Shown here piece by piece: positions 1 through 14,754 of a DNA stretch of 64,000 nt. The translations under genes and the position numbers were made by a program. The stretch's first letter is position 1. Each line of letters begins with the position of its first letter. This stretch comes from Tubiluchus corallicola (lineage: Eukaryota > Animalia > Priapulida): NCBI GenBank assembly GCA_030141605.1, contig JAQGDQ010000272.1:124001-188000 (forward strand), written 5' to 3'. The notes below the pieces were generated by a model. The model was not told the origin of the DNA. It did not search any database and worked only from the letters and a program-made list of their open reading frames with translations.

Positions 1-920
1 GAATATAAATATGAGATGATTCGCTTTTGACAAACAATCAGTTGCTTATCAACAACCAAATAGTGAAATTACGTTCCACGATACCGGATGAGCATTCTAG
101 AAAATGTTCAGGTTTTAAAAATATTTTAAATTTAAGCCCTTCCTCAGGATGAATAGTTAAGCAGTGTTGACAGCCTTGTTAAAATGTGAGTAAGTCTACA
201 CTTTGTACTCTTTGGGGCAAAAGTCTATACATCAGTAGTATTTGAACTGAAAAATTGCCCAGAATGTGAAATGATTACAAAATTAGAAAGTGTAAGATGT
301 TTTTAAACAGATGGTAGTTTTATAGCGTGGCTGTAAATGCACATTACACACCAGTGGTGGCTCGCAGCTAAAATTAGTGAGGTGCTACTTCAGAAAATGT
401 TTAGTCATTGCTTTAATACTGTATAAAACAAAACAAATGTGTAATTATAATGTTGTAATTGTAATTTTAAACAGACAAACTAATTTAAACATAACCTTGA
501 CATAACATAAACAAAAAATATTGTTTTCTTACGAATAGCCTAAATTGTCGCAGTTCAAGAATATGCTGATACACGGCTTTTAAGCACGTGACAACTGACA
601 ACATGCACACTGCGTGAGTGACAGTACTCTTTCTACCTAAGGTGCAGCCTCATCTCGGACATGTACGCATGGCCCTGTGCTGGGCTGTGAAGCAAACAGT
701 ACCACCCTCACGTGCTCTGGACTGTACAAGTATAAAGAAAGAACTAAAGAAAAAAGATTTATTATATTGAATATTATCGATAATATTGAGTGAAAATAGG
801 TTGTGCTGCAGTTCCACAGTACCAGTACGCGAGCCGCCACTGGGGACTCATAAAACAATACTGCACTGTTATCATTAATAAATTTGAACATTTAAACACA
901 CTTTTATTGTGTTGTTTCAG

Positions 921-3900
921 GTTTCAGCTTGGGGTGGATATGTATTTATTATAAACTTAATACCACTGCACGTCTTTGTGCTTTTGCTAATGGGTCGCTT
1001 CTCTGCACGCATTTATGTCGGTAAGATTAGTTTTTTTTTTTGTATTCTGTCGTCTATTTGCAGATTTTACTTTTGATATTAAGATTTTGCAAAGTGTGTT
1101 TGAAACATGATAAACTTGCTTGTCCTCAGACCCCCAAGAATTGTGAATTTGATGAAAATGTCAGTCTTGCACTCAAATGCAAACTGCTGAATTTAGAATT
1201 CAGTTTTCCTGACTTAAATTGACCTGTAACAGTTAAGTAGTTAAAAAGTTTTAAAAGTTTTAAATTGTAAGGCAGAAAGGTATTTTCATAGGTTTAAGTA
1301 AAATTTTTTGTCATTGCTTATTTATTTTGTCGATAATTTATTAATTGTATCTGATTTGTATAAAATGTTATACATACAAAATTGGTTGGTAATGTTTACA
1401 TATGTTACCAAATGCCATATTGTATTCAAGTTGTATACAATTTTATATAGACATTACCATACCATACCATTATATATATATATATAATTATTGTGCTTTT
1501 GTTAGTACGATGATTTTCTGGTATTATCGTCCCTACTACGTTTGAGCCGTTCCATCCTATGTACAGGATCAATGTGTTTTTTGGTCTCTTTATGTTGTAT
1601 GCTCAATAGACTATGTTTATATATATCACATCATTGGTTCTGTTTTACACTCATCAGCTCAGTAAATAATAAGTACTTAAGGACTACCCTTGCAGCCTTT
1701 TAATAGTATTAGATGTTAGTTATTCGTACAATGACTAATGATTTGATGCTTGAATTGAAAGTGTTTGCTTTTTGTTTGTTTTTCAGCTTATTCTGTTTTC
1801 TACATTGTTGGACTAATTCTCTCTATGCAGATACCATTTGTAGGATTTCAGCCAATCAGAACGAGTGAGCACATGGCAGCAGCAGGTAGGTTTTCTACTC
1901 TCTGATAAAAATCTTTTATCCATTTAGGCACTGTGCAGGTCTCACCACCGACATTGTAAACAGTCAGAAACATTAAGCTCTTGATAATTAATTTGCAAAT
2001 ACACTACTTTCTTCTTGTGTGCCAGGAAGCCAATCCAAATATAAAATAGAAGAAAATTGTCATTCGGGTCAGAACTAAAAGTTGTGGTTGTGTCTGACCA
2101 ACTCTTTGTGCATGTTTGTCCACAAAGTAGGTGCCGTTTATTAGACTCACGATTAATAGAATCATTCGCCTAGATGATTCAGAAACATCTTGTAGGTTTT
2201 TCTGCAATTCAATTGTAGATAAAAACTACTGGCAATTAACTCAAATAAATTCGCATATTTCACTCAGTATTTTTGCTTCACGTGCGTAGAAATAAGGCAC
2301 TGCACTTGCATGTAACCAAAGAACTTTTTACTACTTTTATGTCATCTTTACTTCACTTTTGTTCGCTATAATGTATGTAGAAACAGTCATGTTAAGTGCC
2401 ATTTTGTTTATAAGCAGGTACATTTATCATCCACTAATAAGCTGGCATAGCGTTTCTGTCACTGTCGCTCACTCATCCACTGCAATTAACCTCATTGCCT
2501 AAGAATTTGTGGAAGGTAAACTCTTAATCACATGCCTAGCGGTTTCCTTTTGAAGCTCTTTCTGCTTTTCATAGAACGTTTAATGGGTTAACTGTTGCTG
2601 TTACGCCACTAATGCAGTGGCAGTAACCTGTCAATATTCTTTTCGAATTCAGAAGCGTAAATATCATAGAGCAACTAAGAGCATAGAGTTGAAAAATACA
2701 GCTTAAGCTTAAAAACGTAATATTTAAGTTTTTGCAGAAGAAGAGCTGAAGAGTAATGACTCATACTTCTATACTAATAATACTGCATATGTCAGTTAAT
2801 AGATTCATTTGGTTAATTGGGTCAAAACATTTCCATTTCCAAACTGAGTCTATTAAGCAGCATCTATTGTACTGTTGACTGTGATTCCAAACATGTCAGA
2901 TAAACAAATGTTTCCAACCTCAGGCTTTTATTTGTTAAATTGCTGATTCTTTAGTTATTTAATAGTAATTACTTGAAAATGGTTTATAATTTGTTATTGA
3001 TGTAAGTTTGTGTTCTTTTTTCTCCTGTTATTTTGTAATGCAATTAAATTCAGAAATGTCCAAAACTGTATAAACCACACACTTTGCCATGTTTCTGCTT
3101 TGCTATAGATCTAATATCATTTTTAGTTAATACACCACGCCTTTATTAAAACTTTTAATTTACATGGTTAAAAATCATGTCAAGCGTTTCGACAGAGCTA
3201 TTCTGCTGTCATCATCATTGGTAAATTTTTACAAACATACAGGCAGTTTATATAGACAAAGACAATAGAACATTATGCACTAATTATGTATTTAACTGAA
3301 GCCAAATAGCGAGTGAATAAGCAGACCAGTAGAAAAAAATTGATACAGTAAATTATGCACTAATTATGCATTTACAAATAGCCAAATAGATATATGATAA
3401 GCAAACATGTAGAAAAGAAACTGATACAGTAACAAATAATTAAGTGTTTGAAAATAAAGTTAAACTAATTAAACTGCTTTGTACATTAACAGAAGTCTTA
3501 TTAGGGTAGATAGATAAACTTTCATTTTTAATAAGTCCCAGTTATTTGTAGCTCTGGTCGCAACGCTGAAATTATTAAAATCAGCTTTGTGACCAGAAGC
3601 ATTAATGCTAGATTGAGGAGGATTTTTTAATTTTTTGCCAGTTCTAAATGAAATACCTAAATGCTAACTTATTATTACTGTCAAATGTCTGAACGTTTTG
3701 CTATGGTAAACAGCATTGCAGCTGCTACACTGAAATCTATAAAAAAATACCTGAATGTAACAAAAGTGCTTGTAATAAAAAAGATCTAATATCAGTTTTT
3801 CTTCTCAGGTGTTTTTGCACTAATAAATGCCTATGGGGCCCTGAAGTACATACAGACGTTTTTATCAAAGAAAGAGTTTAAGTACTTCTTTTTCGTCTCA

Positions 3901-6900
3901 ATCATCGGTGCCGCCGGTATTGTGTTTCTCGCTGTCGTCGGCCTTACGTATTTAGGTAAAAATTTCATTTGTTTTCGATTTCGAAGAAAAATCTATGTTG
4001 CCTGTTATTGTACAAAATAAAAGTTATATATTATCTTTTCTTTCTGTAAAATTATTTATTAACAATGCTTATTCAGCTTTAACACAAGTGTTTAATGTGT
4101 CAGCAGTTAAGATGTTCAAGGTCACATTATCAGCAATTTCAGTGTTATTGTAGCACTAAAAGGTGTTTATTCTGCACATTTTGTGTATTTATCTCTTATC
4201 TTTAGGTGTGATAGCTCCGTGGAGCGGTCGTTTCTACTCATTGTGGGACACGGGGTATGCAAAGATCCATATTCCCATCATAGCATCAGTCTCGGAACAT
4301 CAGCCGACGCCTTGGTTCTCGTTCTTCTTTGACCTTCACGTCCTCATTTGCACGTTTCCTGCCGGACTTTGGTTCTGTATCAAGCACATCAACGATGAGA
4401 GAGTCTTCAGTAAGCATTAGTTCTGTTGAGTAAACTTTGTGATATTCTTCTGAGTATATCAGGTGGCACAGAAAATAAAGCATTCAATACGTGGCAGCAA
4501 AACAATAAAGAAATCAACCGGTTTACATCCTTGGTCATCACCAAAGAAAATAAAACACTGATTTCTCACAAAAAATGAGTTAATTTTGCAGATTACGGTA
4601 TCTGGAATTCCCTTAAAGAGAACGTGTAAAATAGTCGTTTAATACAAAAGAATTAAAGGCAAAAATTGTCGAGTGCTAGGACCAAATACCCCTTAAGGAA
4701 GTGAGAAACGGTGCCAGCTGTTGGAAGAAATGCTTTTGTCTAGTTTACAGTGAAAATGGTGGACACATTGAGCACTTGCGGTAAATTTTAACAATAGTGA
4801 CACTGGAATTTTTTCCGGCATTTATTTTTTTGAGTCATTGATTTAAAACTTTTGTATCTTTGGTTAAATTTAAGGGAATGAAGTAAGATTCTTGGTGTTT
4901 ACACATAAATGTGTGTAACATGAATGTAGTAATTTTCAACCAATGCCATTACCTCTTTCTTGTCATGTTGTAATCAAAACTTCGGCACATTTTCTTGTGC
5001 ACCTAATATACTGAAATGGCAACCATTGCTCAAAAACTTCGCATACTAAAGGCAATAGAAATAGTAGAAACATAATATTTTTAAGAATGTGGTAAATCCG
5101 TGCGCCAGCCCAGAGTCGATTTCAAAAGTTAAGCAATGATGTTTCTGGTAAGCATTTAGATGGCTGATTTTAAGAGCACCCAATTCAAAGTAGAGTATTG
5201 AAACTAGTTGCTAGACTAGTAGCTTCTATTTAGTACTTTCTGCACTATAAATTAGTAATTGCAAAAAAAAACCTAAAAATTGTTCATACATTTTCAGTTG
5301 CACTGTATGCTGTAAGTGCCACATATTTTGCTGGGGTTATGGTGAGGCTGATGCTAACATTGACACCCTGCGTTTGTGTGCTAGCTTCTGTAGCCTTCAA
5401 TACCACGTTTGAGAAGTACCTCAAGGTATGTATTTAGAAAGAACTTGACACATTTGTTGTTTTCAATTTGGCCGTGCATTGCTGTATACACTTTACATTT
5501 TGTGTAACACCTTGGAAGGTCATATTGCACTGGTTTATGTTTTATATTTGCTACTATTAGAATCAATAAAAGACTATTAATTGTTACATAACATAAGACT
5601 GCAAGTACTGCAATTAGCCACTTGCATTGTTTTTTAACCAGCCACTAGATTGCAGACAAAAAGTTGCTCAGTCACCAGACTAATGCCAACTTTAATATTG
5701 CCCAGTCCGGCTGTGTGATGTTAGAAGCTACAGCAAGACAATGAACATACCAATGAACTAAGCTGTGGCTTGCTGCTGCATGAAATTTTACACAATTTTT
5801 TCACAAATATCATTAGCGCACAAAAAGTTTATTTCCAGTATGTGCGTAAATAACATATTCTGATTGGATATTTCATTAGCTATTGGAAGGTGCTGGCTGT
5901 TTTTGTTAAGAAGGCAAATAATTTAACTGCTTAGAAAAATCCACTAATTGCGCTAGGAAAAATGCTTTATTTACTGTACAAAACAGCATAAAACACTTAA
6001 TAAATTTACTGAAAATGCACAAAACCCAAAAATGATCTTGACACAAAAATGTGATAATTACAAAGCTCAAGTACCCCTCTTAATAGATCCGTTGGCTGTT
6101 TTTACCTGCAAAAACTCATTGTAACAAATTTAATGAGTACTGTGTAAAAAGTGAAATTTCTCAATGGCCAGCAAGTTAATCAAGCACTACAACGAAACTT
6201 CTAATTGCACCATTTGCAATTGCATAAAATGTTTTACTTCATTATGTAGAAAAAGTATAGTTCAAATCTAGCCATGCAAATTTCTCCTTGAAAATTGTTG
6301 TAAACAAACTTGCAATTTCAAATTGCATTTACACAGTCCAAACAGTACTGTCACCATTATGACAATGAAATTGGTTTTAGCAACTTAGCAACTTATAAAT
6401 TAAGTCTTGTGCAATTTTTGCTTTCCCCTGAAAATTTTTACAGATTATGATTGTGATAGAATAAATTAATGAACAACAGTCCTTAAATCTTTGCGACCAT
6501 TTTTGTAAATGGATTAACCTAAAGCTTTTTCATTTACAAGAGTTTATTTATCTTAAATAAGTATTGTTATTTACAATTAATTATTGTCGCAATCAAAACT
6601 ACTTTGTTTATCGTAATAACCTGCCTTGAATATGGAATTAATAACAATAACAAAACATGCTTGTCTTCACAACATTGTTAGTGCTTTTCATTAGAAAGTC
6701 CAATAATCACTTTCTGTTACCCAGTGAGAACGGGAAACTATCCACGTTTTTCTCTGTGACTGCTTCTTTATATTTTAATTGTGCCTTTATTTTAACAGCT
6801 AGAAGAAGAACCAAAGAAGAAAGAAGGATCAGTGGATGGTGCCGAAAGTGACGAAAACGATAAGAACGACAAGAAGAAAGGCCTTTATGACAAAGTACAA

Positions 6901-9900
6901 AGTTTATTTAACATTTTATGATTTTTTGTTTAGATTATGGGTTAATTATGGTGTGGAACATAACATATCATTAATTAGAGGCAATATCAGAGTAAAAAAT
7001 GTGGAAAGATTGTGACTCAATGTACATCTGTGACTCAATGTACTACTGAAACACTTGGAGTAGAAGATTACTGCTATAATCACTTCACTGTTGTTAATTT
7101 TACTGTCACCGTCGTAGCATTTGTGTCCTTAATTTTTCTGACCCTAATTTTTTTCCATTTCCTAAAAATAGATTTGTTCTGCTATGTTAAGTTTTATCCC
7201 AGATTTGTAAAACTCAAATTTTATCTCCTGTGCTCAAAAAAGGTTTATTTCAGTGTTGAGGTACAGATCTGCTTAGACATGCTTATACTATATATTTTCG
7301 TCCCTTCAGTAACTGACTCTATATAGGGTATATAATAATTATAATAATGAAATAATAATAAAATTGTTTGCCACCAGCAATGTTGACATTGTTACATTTT
7401 CTAAGTTATTTTGTTTCACGGGATTTTCTATTGTAAACTTGATCCAACGTATTTTTGAGCAAAATTTTTGTAAAAGAAAAGTGTAAGTGAACTCTGTGTC
7501 CAATAGATTTCATTCGGTTTATTCTACACATTTGTTTTCCATTTAAATGATCCCTTTCCAGGCAGGAAAGATTCGCAAAATAAAGCAGGAAACTCCCAAG
7601 GAATCTGAAGACGTCGGTCTGAATATCCGCAGCATAGTTATGGTGTGTATGATGATGATGCTGATGATGTTTGCAGTTCACTGTACGTGGGTTACGAGCA
7701 ATGCCTACTCTAGTCCCAGCATTGTACTAGCATCCTATGGTCAAGATGGGTAAATATTTTATGTTATTTGCCATGGTTAAGCTCTGTGTTAGTATACAAG
7801 GTACTAAAACAACGAATAATAGTACATAACAGTTTATTACATCAAAGGTTTGCATAAAGAAAGACATAATTTTTCATATAGCACCCCATTTTCAAGTCCA
7901 ATCAAACGTATACATGTTAATACAATTAATATTGCAAAAGTGTTTCTGATAAATAAATAATAGATTAAAAACTTAATCAACGACGGGCGAGACCAACTAC
8001 TGATGACATCACAAACTATCATAATTTTCACCAGTAAAAATATTCTATGAGTGCATGTTTGCTAAAGAAAAATTTGAAGTACAGTGCTACTACAAGTGAT
8101 TCAGTGTGTTGTACTAAAACTAAATAGCATAAATCAAATCAGCAATTATCACTGTTTGTAAAACATCAATTCAAACAATTATATTGTAATTGTAAATTAC
8201 TAATTTTAATTATTATTACATCTCATTAATATATGGCTACAGTACTACAGCATGACATACAATTGTAGCCATATGTTAATGAGATGTAATAATTATGATG
8301 AATATTTAAAATTAATATAAAGGCAAAAAACCTAGAGCAAAGGATTCTGAAACTTGTCAAAATTCAAACCATTTTATAATAAATTGAATCTACTAAATAT
8401 TGACATTTATTATATGTCTGGACAGTAGACAATGTTAGCCTGTAGATTTGTTTAAATGGTATGTTTTCCCTGAAGAACAATGGCTGCTAAAAGTATTTAT
8501 TTTAGTTCTGTGTTAAAACCAATATTCTTAGTTAAATGCTAAAAAGTATTTCTACGAGACCTCTTGTACAGAGCCTAATCCATTCTAGCAACTTAAAGGA
8601 AAACGGATGATTTTTCACTTCCTCCCCCATTTTGAAGTACCATAAAAATATACATTTTAGTACCTATAATAATGCCAAAACATTTCTAATAGTTAAATAA
8701 TAGTAATTAATTAATGACCAGGGAGCCCAGTTAGTGATGACATCACAAGTGAACATAATTTCCAACAGTGCAAAAATTCCATGAGGGTACTGCACGTGTT
8801 TTTGAAAGCGAAAATTGAAGTACAGTGCTAGTATGCAACATTCAGTGTAATGCGCAAAAACTCACCAAATTTTAAGTTCAAAATTCAAATTTCACGTTTA
8901 TAGCTGTGTTCACGCATGAGCCATTGAATGCATGCACTATGTCACAACTGAACATCTTTGAATGGAGAGGTACAGCACCTGTTTTTTGAGCAAATCATTT
9001 CCAAAATGCAGGCGCTAGCGTCCATCTAAGTAGCGAATGGCAAAATGCACGTAACAAGCTGTACTAACGCAAAATTTCATTTCCGTGGTAATAATTCTTT
9101 CACATAAGTCATTTTTGAAAAAACAGTAGGGTCCCTTTTAATACTCTGTAAGACCGATTGTTTTGAGATGTAGTTTAAGATTGGGTTCGATTTTCCTTTA
9201 TAGGTGTTCTGTGTTGGCAACTTCTGTAATGATAATAACATCATAATTTTTCCAGCACAAAGAATATAATAGATGACTTTCGGGAAGCTTACTACTGGCT
9301 ACGTCAGAACACGGCGGAAGACGCAACGGTGATGTCTTGGTGGGACTACGGCTATCAAATAGCCGGAATGGCTAATAGAACCACACTCGTAGATAACAAC
9401 ACCTGGAATAATAGTCATATAGCACTGGTATGTTGTTACAATGTTAGTACAGCAATTTTACTAATTTGTGGATGATATTCAAACCCTCAATGCAGAAAGA
9501 GAGCTGTTAATGAAATTCTACAATGTAAAACTTGTGTTCTTTGTTAAATATCCCCAAGTGTTTATGCTGTTCTGCAACATTTGTGAGATAGAGAGCCCCT
9601 GTAACATTTTTCTAATTTGACCTTGCACTTCCTAGCACCGGCTCTACATTTTCAGAGAGAGAAATTGTCCAATTAGATAGGAGTTATGAACAATATTTAT
9701 TTCTGCAAAAGCTATCTTGCAAAATTAAGCAACAATATCATAGTCTTTTTCCTTTATTACCACCTCATAATTCTCAAAAATGCAACTTGATGAATGTCAC
9801 CTTTTTCTTTGAACCAAAATCCAAAACTGAAAGATATGAAACTGTTAGAGTTCTATGGACATTGTTTAAGTTGCAGTAATTTTCTCTAATTTTTCTTTTT

Positions 9901-12900
9901 TGTAGATTAAATTGACTACTTGATTAAATTTACATTCAAAATGGATAATCAAAATTTCAACAATGTGACAAAATTATCATTCCTGGAACTTTATGCATAT
10001 TAAAATAATGAAGCAGAGCATGAGCTTTACTTTTTATAATTTTTTTGTTACCATGTACAGTACAATTATAAAAGTACATTTATAAAACCTTGTGCTGTAA
10101 AATGTTTATACCTTTGGTATTTTGCAAGCTGTTGACCCCCACTTAACAGCAAGATATGCTCGATGTAGACAACTGTAGCCGGGTAAAATGTCATGCAACT
10201 ACTACAGCTGTAGCTCACCAAAGGCCAAAATGCTAATGTATTGAAGGATATTAGGTGCTTCAATTTTAAATGACTACTGTAAAAAGCTAAATGCCTATTA
10301 AATAAACAAACAGGTCGAAGCACCATGGCAGTAATTGAAAACTAAATTAAAGCCAAAAAAGTGCCTATGCATCCACTGCAAATACTAATTTTTGTGTAAA
10401 CTATTGTGCATTTATTGGTGCAAGTTATTTATGTTAACTAAGCAATTATTTTGCCACCGATTTTCAGTTGAAAAAGTGGGAACAAAGTTCGATTTTTCAA
10501 AGAACAAGTATGAGTACTACTATCCATGTATTATATCCTATGAATTTTCTAAAATGCTCTTTAATTAAGTTTTGGTGATTTTCAAACATTTTTAGTTGTA
10601 TGTTGCTAAATTTTCAAAATTTCCTGAAGGTAAAACTTTCTGGCTCAAGTTTACAATTCCCACACACAAGAAATTAGTTCATAAATTGGTTTAGGGTTTG
10701 TGTTAAGAGTAAGGTTGCAGTTAAGGTTAGGGTTATGGTTAGTGTTAGGATTAGGGTTACGTTAGGGTTAGGGTTAGGGTATTTAAATTATATGGTGAAT
10801 TTTAAACTGCTTCCAAAATTTCTTTTAAGTCTAACATTTAATTCTTATTATATTTCTTGTAAGTATGTGTGCATCACGCATTAAGCTGTCTGTTTTTATT
10901 TAAGAGCTATGGGAGAGTAACTAAAGATTTTTGCGTCTTTAGGTTGGTAAAGCAATGTCCTCCAATGAAACCACTGCGTATAAGATCATGCGATCTCTGG
11001 GTGTTGACTATGTACTTGTGATATTTGGAGGAGTGATTGGATTTAGTGGCGACGATATTAACAAATTTCTCTGGATGGTTCGAATTGCTGAGGGAGAACA
11101 TCCGGCCGAAATCAAAGTGAGTATTAATTTAGTTGTGTATTAGTATTAATTTTATTTGACATTATTAAATGTTTTAACAGTCGAGGTTAACATTTCTCAC
11201 AAAAACTATCTCTATCAACCTTAAAAATCTGACTTCAAGAAACGTCAGCTTTTGCAGGGAAAGCAAGACTGACTAAACAATCTGTTTAATCAACTAGAAC
11301 TCAAAAATGTAATATTTTTAAGTACCAGGGCTCATGAAGGGTAGATCTGTGTGCTTGGGACTAAAGTTAAGCAATGCAGGTTGCGACAAATAAATGATTG
11401 GGTGATGGCTGAGAGGAGTTCTCTTGTTGGTTTCATTGGCTATATTTCTATCCTCTTGATGAGGTGGAGGTTTGCACTCCCAAATGTAACTAAGACATCT
11501 GTGTTAGTTAGCTCAACTCAGAGGATCGTTTTTAACAAGAAGTTGAATCATAGTCTTACTACAACCACCAGCTTTAGTAAACTCCGTGTTAAATTGCATT
11601 ACAAGGTTGAATTACATAGCCAAGGTTTCCCAAAAGTTAATCAAATACATCTGCAAACTGAGTCGCTAATTAAGCAAATTTGATTCCAAAAACATGTTAA
11701 CGTAAAAACACAGGTTTTTATAACATAGGTGCTGGAGAAAACTGTACTACTTTAAAACCAGTTTAACTGAAACCGCAATATTTGTTCTGGATCTTCCACT
11801 CACTACATTTAAATGGAAGGCAACAAACCATTAAAGTTCATACCCACTATATGCATGACAGCATTTTTGTGCCTAGTTACTCACTTCTACAGTGTCTGGT
11901 TACTCACTTCTACATTGTCTGGTTACTCACTTCTACAGCATCTGGTTGCTCACTTATACAGCTGAGTCATTCCAGTAACTTTGCAAATAGCACAAGGTGC
12001 AGTGCAAACCCACAGTGTAAAATTACTTTAAGCAACACTGACTGCTTTCATAGAAAACCTTAGGTATAAAGTGTCACACACTGCAAAAGCTTATCTCTGT
12101 AGTCGACGCCACATGATTGTTCATTTTGTGGCGAGAAAAACTGAACCAGTGACTGCCACAATGCAAAGACTTTATTCTTATTAGTTAATATGCATTTTGT
12201 GTAATAACATTTAATGTACATTGTGAATGTCTATCGTAAGTTTTGCGTCATGCGTATCAGAATGTAATGGTTTTTGCAAGATGCGGTATAATTTTGCCAT
12301 TATTGTAAATCAAACGAATTTGAGTTTACAAACATTAGCGCCATATTTCTTAGTTAGTCATTTAGTCACTTAAATGTGATTTTGCATTTTCTGGTTCCAC
12401 TTCCCATGTTATTTTAACGTTATACAAGGAAGTAAAATTGCTAAACGAATTGTTTCACGGGATTTGTAGGAAAGTGATTACTTCACTCCGCAGGGGGAAT
12501 TCCGGGTGGATTCCGCAGCATCTCCTATCTTCATGAACAGCCTCATGTACAAAATGTGTTACTTCCGTTTTGGGGAACTACAGGTGAGTATGATCACATA
12601 TGAAATTTATCCACAGTTGAAAGAAGCTGCAGTGTATAATGCACGTTGAGTGGAATTGCTTAATACAGATGCAAAAGTTGGTCAACTTTGTGCAAATACG
12701 TCTCAGAACAGTTTGTTATGTGAATAAGCTTGGTTCCTGTCAGAGATGTTACCGAAACTGAATTTACAAACCGAAATAGAAATTTATGAAACATTCTAAA
12801 ATAAGTAAGATATTTTGTTTTTTGTTTGCTTCCGATTATTTGCCTATGATGCAAAATTACTGATCAAAAATTTTAATGCAAAAAGGACAAGGAAGTTTTA

Positions 12901-14723
12901 TGGTATAGAACATGGGTTCCCAACCTTGGGGTCACGAACCACTTTTCGTGGGGTCACGGGCTAATCCAAAAACTGTTTTTAAAAAATGCTGTTTTCATGG
13001 AAAGTATGTAAGTAGGTCTTGTTTCCTCAGTCTCTCATTACATCATTTTGTTCTGGAAAGTGAAACAGGGTTTTCCTGCTCTAAATGCGGTATACCAGTG
13101 CTTGATTTTCCAGGAAAACAAAAATGCACGTTGTTCCATACTGTACACTTCTGTACAGTGTACACCACCCGAAAGTGTGTCGCTATTCATTTTACCTTGG
13201 ATATCTTGTACTGTTGCATTACTGGTTGCTGAGAAACACATGAATGAATTAATGAAACAAACACTCATTGATCAATAATTTGTTGAATAGTAAGTTAAAA
13301 TTAATAAATGCAAACGATAATGATGTGTAATAGTATAACATGTGATTATGTTCTTCGTGGGGTCGCGATATGATGCAGGGTTCTGGAATGGTGCTGCCAT
13401 CAACAAAGGGTTGGTAATCACTGGTATAGAACCTCAAGTTTGATGGAGTGGCTTACCTTAGAAAATGCGTTATAATATTTTTTGATTTAAGTATCCTTAA
13501 TGATTAATATTTAAAGATCAAAATGCTTCATTAAAGATAAACTAATTTTATTTTGTGGATATTTTGTTGCCTATGTTTCATAAAAATTAAACGTGACTTT
13601 GCTCAAGTAAATTCAAACGTGCTTTGATATTTTGGTGGATTGGACCTGGAGACCCTAGAACTTGACAGTGGTCAGCACTGAAGACACATTGCCGGTAAAA
13701 ACACGTCACAAGCTGTTTTGTAAATGGAATTTGCACTTTATTTAAACTAATTTAGCCAAGATTTTTCAGCAGTTTTTGACATCTAAAAAAACAAATTGAT
13801 AATGCAGTTTCAAATCTTGTATTTATTTGCCAAGCCCTGTATTTCATTTCGTAAGATGAGAAAGTATCTCGAGTATATTTGGACATTTGCTTGATAATTC
13901 GATATAGGATATAAAAACCTAATGTATTTAGCATTTGTTTTTGTAAAAAACAAAAAAATGACATTTGACCAAATTTTTGGTGCATTCTACTTTGAATCAT
14001 TATAACGCAGTTTTAACTATGCCGACTTTGTGGGCGGTTTTGTTTGCAAACACACATATAGTGGGTTGTTCGTGAAAATTAAAACATGTTTTTGTAAGTA
14101 TTATTGATGGGCTAGCCTTTACTGTCTCTTTCAGCTGGATTATCGCACGCCGTCTGGTTTTGATAGGACACGCAATGTAGAGATTGGTAACAAGAATGTT
14201 CGCTTGTCAGTAATTGAAGAAGCTTACACATCGCAACACTGGCTAGTTCGAATATATAAAGTAAGTTTTAGTTTTACCATTAGTTTGTTTACCATTATGT
14301 GTGTGAAAGACATTGCCTAATATTAATTTTTTAGTCTGGTATTCACACTTTTTGTGTTATCTGCTTCAGGTAAAAGACTTAGATAACAGAACAAAAGTTA
14401 CACAACCACAAATTGTTGTGAAGAAGCGAAAAAGTAGATATATATCTAAAAAGGTAAGTGAGTTAAGTGCTTTGCCACTGTTATTTTTGGTACTATTGTA
14501 ATTGTCTATGCATTATTCGTGTTTGAACTTCTGTTTTAGGTTTCAGTTTTTCTTATTTCTCAATTAACATAGTTTTTTCTGCACAAATCTATCTAAATGA
14601 TACTGAATGACATCCATTTCATTGTTAAGGTAAAAGAGAGCAAGGGAGAGAGAGAATGAGAGAGAGAGAGAGAGAGAGGGGGGAGGGAGGAAGGGAGAGA
14701 AAGAGACAGGCAGGCAGACAGAC

Positions 14724-14754
<31 letters not shown>

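Noticed and set aside
10690-10785. True telomere or chromosome-fusion scar
   Set aside because: Short, degenerate and embedded in a dispersed TIR element present three times.
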